This document shows positions 62,572-64,000 of a DNA stretch of 64,000 nt, in pieces. The stretch is from Calcarisporiella thermophila CBS 279.70. Its lineage: Eukaryota; Fungi; Calcarisporiellomycota. The stretch covers positions 495,267-559,266 of the forward strand of contig NW_027192191.1 of the NCBI RefSeq assembly GCF_041956535.1, read 5' to 3'. Made by a program: the position numbers and the translations under genes. The notes below the pieces were generated by a model that saw only the letters and a program-made list of their open reading frames with translations, was not told where the DNA came from and did no database searches. Numbering within the stretch: position 1 is the first letter of the stretch; every line of letters begins with the position of its first letter.

Positions 62572-64000
62572 TCAGGATTGTTCGTTCTTGAATGGAGCAG
62601 CTGCAGCGGGTACAGGCTCGCTTTCGCCTTCCGGTTTCCGACCCGGAGGTATTGTTGTGGTTTGCGGTGCGGGCTCATCAGCATTGCTTCCCTGAATTCT
62701 TACCATGGACTCCTCGGTCCGCAATGCTCCATCCTCCTCCCCATTGACATCGACCTCCATACTTTCGGCGTCCCCAGGTGCCTGGCTCGGCATTGCCTCC
62801 CCATTCCTTCCCTCTCCGGATTCCTTATAGTTTTGCTCTCGCCGCCGCTCTGGCTCTCCGTCCGAGTCGTAGTATTCATTCTCCGGGACAATGAGCTTAT
62901 CGGCGATTCGCTGTGGGAGACGCTCCTCGGGATCGTCCATATCCTCGTCGTCGGACTCGACCTTATCGGCGGGCACCTCCTGCATTTGCACGCTGGGTGC
63001 GAACTGAGTGCGCGACAGGTTCTGCAGCACTTGAACCCTGAAAAAGAGCGTTGATTACCCATTGATTGAGCCTATACTAAGTGGAGTGGGGGGGAGGGAA
63101 GAGTTTTGGCTTACTTGATTTTTTCCAAGTATTCGGGTGTGTTCAAATTGTCCATGTTGCTCGACAGCACATCCAGCTTGTAATCGGGCCCGAAGTATTC
63201 ATAATAGTCGTTGTATGGCATGGTCGGCCCAATGTCCTGCCCGACCACGACGCCCGTCTCGTACGCCCACGCCTTCGCGACATTGCGCATGGTATATCCG
63301 CCGCCGCCGAGAATCAAGGTTGGTAGATTGAAACTCTTCACGAAACGCACGCAGTTGGCGTGCCCTTTCATGGAGAGATTGAAGCAGCCGAGTTTATCCC
63401 CGCTCAACGAATCCGCGCCACACTGTAGTACAACGGCAGACGGCCGATACCAATCCATCGCTGCTTGAATCACCTACATATATACCGCGGGTTATTTGTT
63501 GGATGGTCCCATTTGCAAAAAAAAGCACAAAATCATTGCAAGGGAAAAAAAAGAGCTACCGGCTCGAATACACTCTTGTAGGATTCGTCGCTGATTCCTT
63601 CCCGCAGAGGAAAGTTAACTGCGTAGTGCTTCCCGCGTCCGATGCCAATATCCCGAAGCTCTCCTGTGCCCGGGAAAAACTCTCCATACTTGTGGAAACT
63701 CACGGTCATGACCCGATCAGTAGTGAAAAATGCCTCCTCCACACCATCCCCGTGGTGGATATCAATATCAATATAGAGTACACGTTGATGAAACCTTGGA
63801 ATGTCGGAGCAAGTGTTAGCAAAAATGTTCCCCTCCCTTCCATGGCAGCACCACAGAGCGACATTCCACGCTTCAATGCTTACCTCAATAATTCCAATAT
63901 GCCCAATACAATATCATTGACATAGCAAAACCCGCTTGCCTCTGCCTTTTTTGCGTGATGCAAACCTCCTGCCCAGTTGATCGCAATATCACACAGCCCA
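62572..64000 (-). CDS. RPD3: Class I histone deacetylase (Rpd3/Clr6), 3' part; runs off the window end
   Basis: [56 protein letters not shown] and FAPSVQMQ, followed by an acidic tail. Confidence 0.93.

Overview
Intron-rich eukaryotic DNA, most likely from an early-diverging fungus (Mucoromycota-like; this is inferred from gene content and short GT-AG introns). Two conserved housekeeping blocks flank an AT-rich accessory island of about 20 kb. The left block (1-23.7 kb) holds the Nup98 N-terminus, a PPR protein, a Yap-type bZIP, a CKAP2-like gene, a secreted repeat protein, a CYP20-like P450, RFWD3, MGMT, a PTP, SLP1 and RPS16. The right block (44.5-64 kb) holds AGC1, an ELM1-like gene, an APC16-like gene, a VSB1-like SulP, RPN6, RPN7, a LAMMER kinase and an RPD3-like HDAC. 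The island (about 24-44 kb) carries a small family of fungal NLRs of NB-ARC/TPR type: one long pseudogenised copy, one intact copy and one TPR-only gene. It also has a transcription factor without a Zn cluster, decayed gene remnants, an epoxide hydrolase and a 227-bp CACTA-type element. The best candidate for an undescribed system is in the NLRs. Both NB-ARC genes lack an effector domain and instead start with a homologous 100-nt exon (33 codons + 1 nt). In NLR1 this exon aligns without gaps to the HET-s/NWD2 R0 amyloid signalling motif. All three TPR genes end in a shared Trp-rich basic tail. Several genes resemble families best known from animals or plants (CKAP2, CYP20, APC16, RFWD3, ELM1). 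Exon boundaries were inferred by eye, reference motifs are recalled from memory, and no database searches were run.
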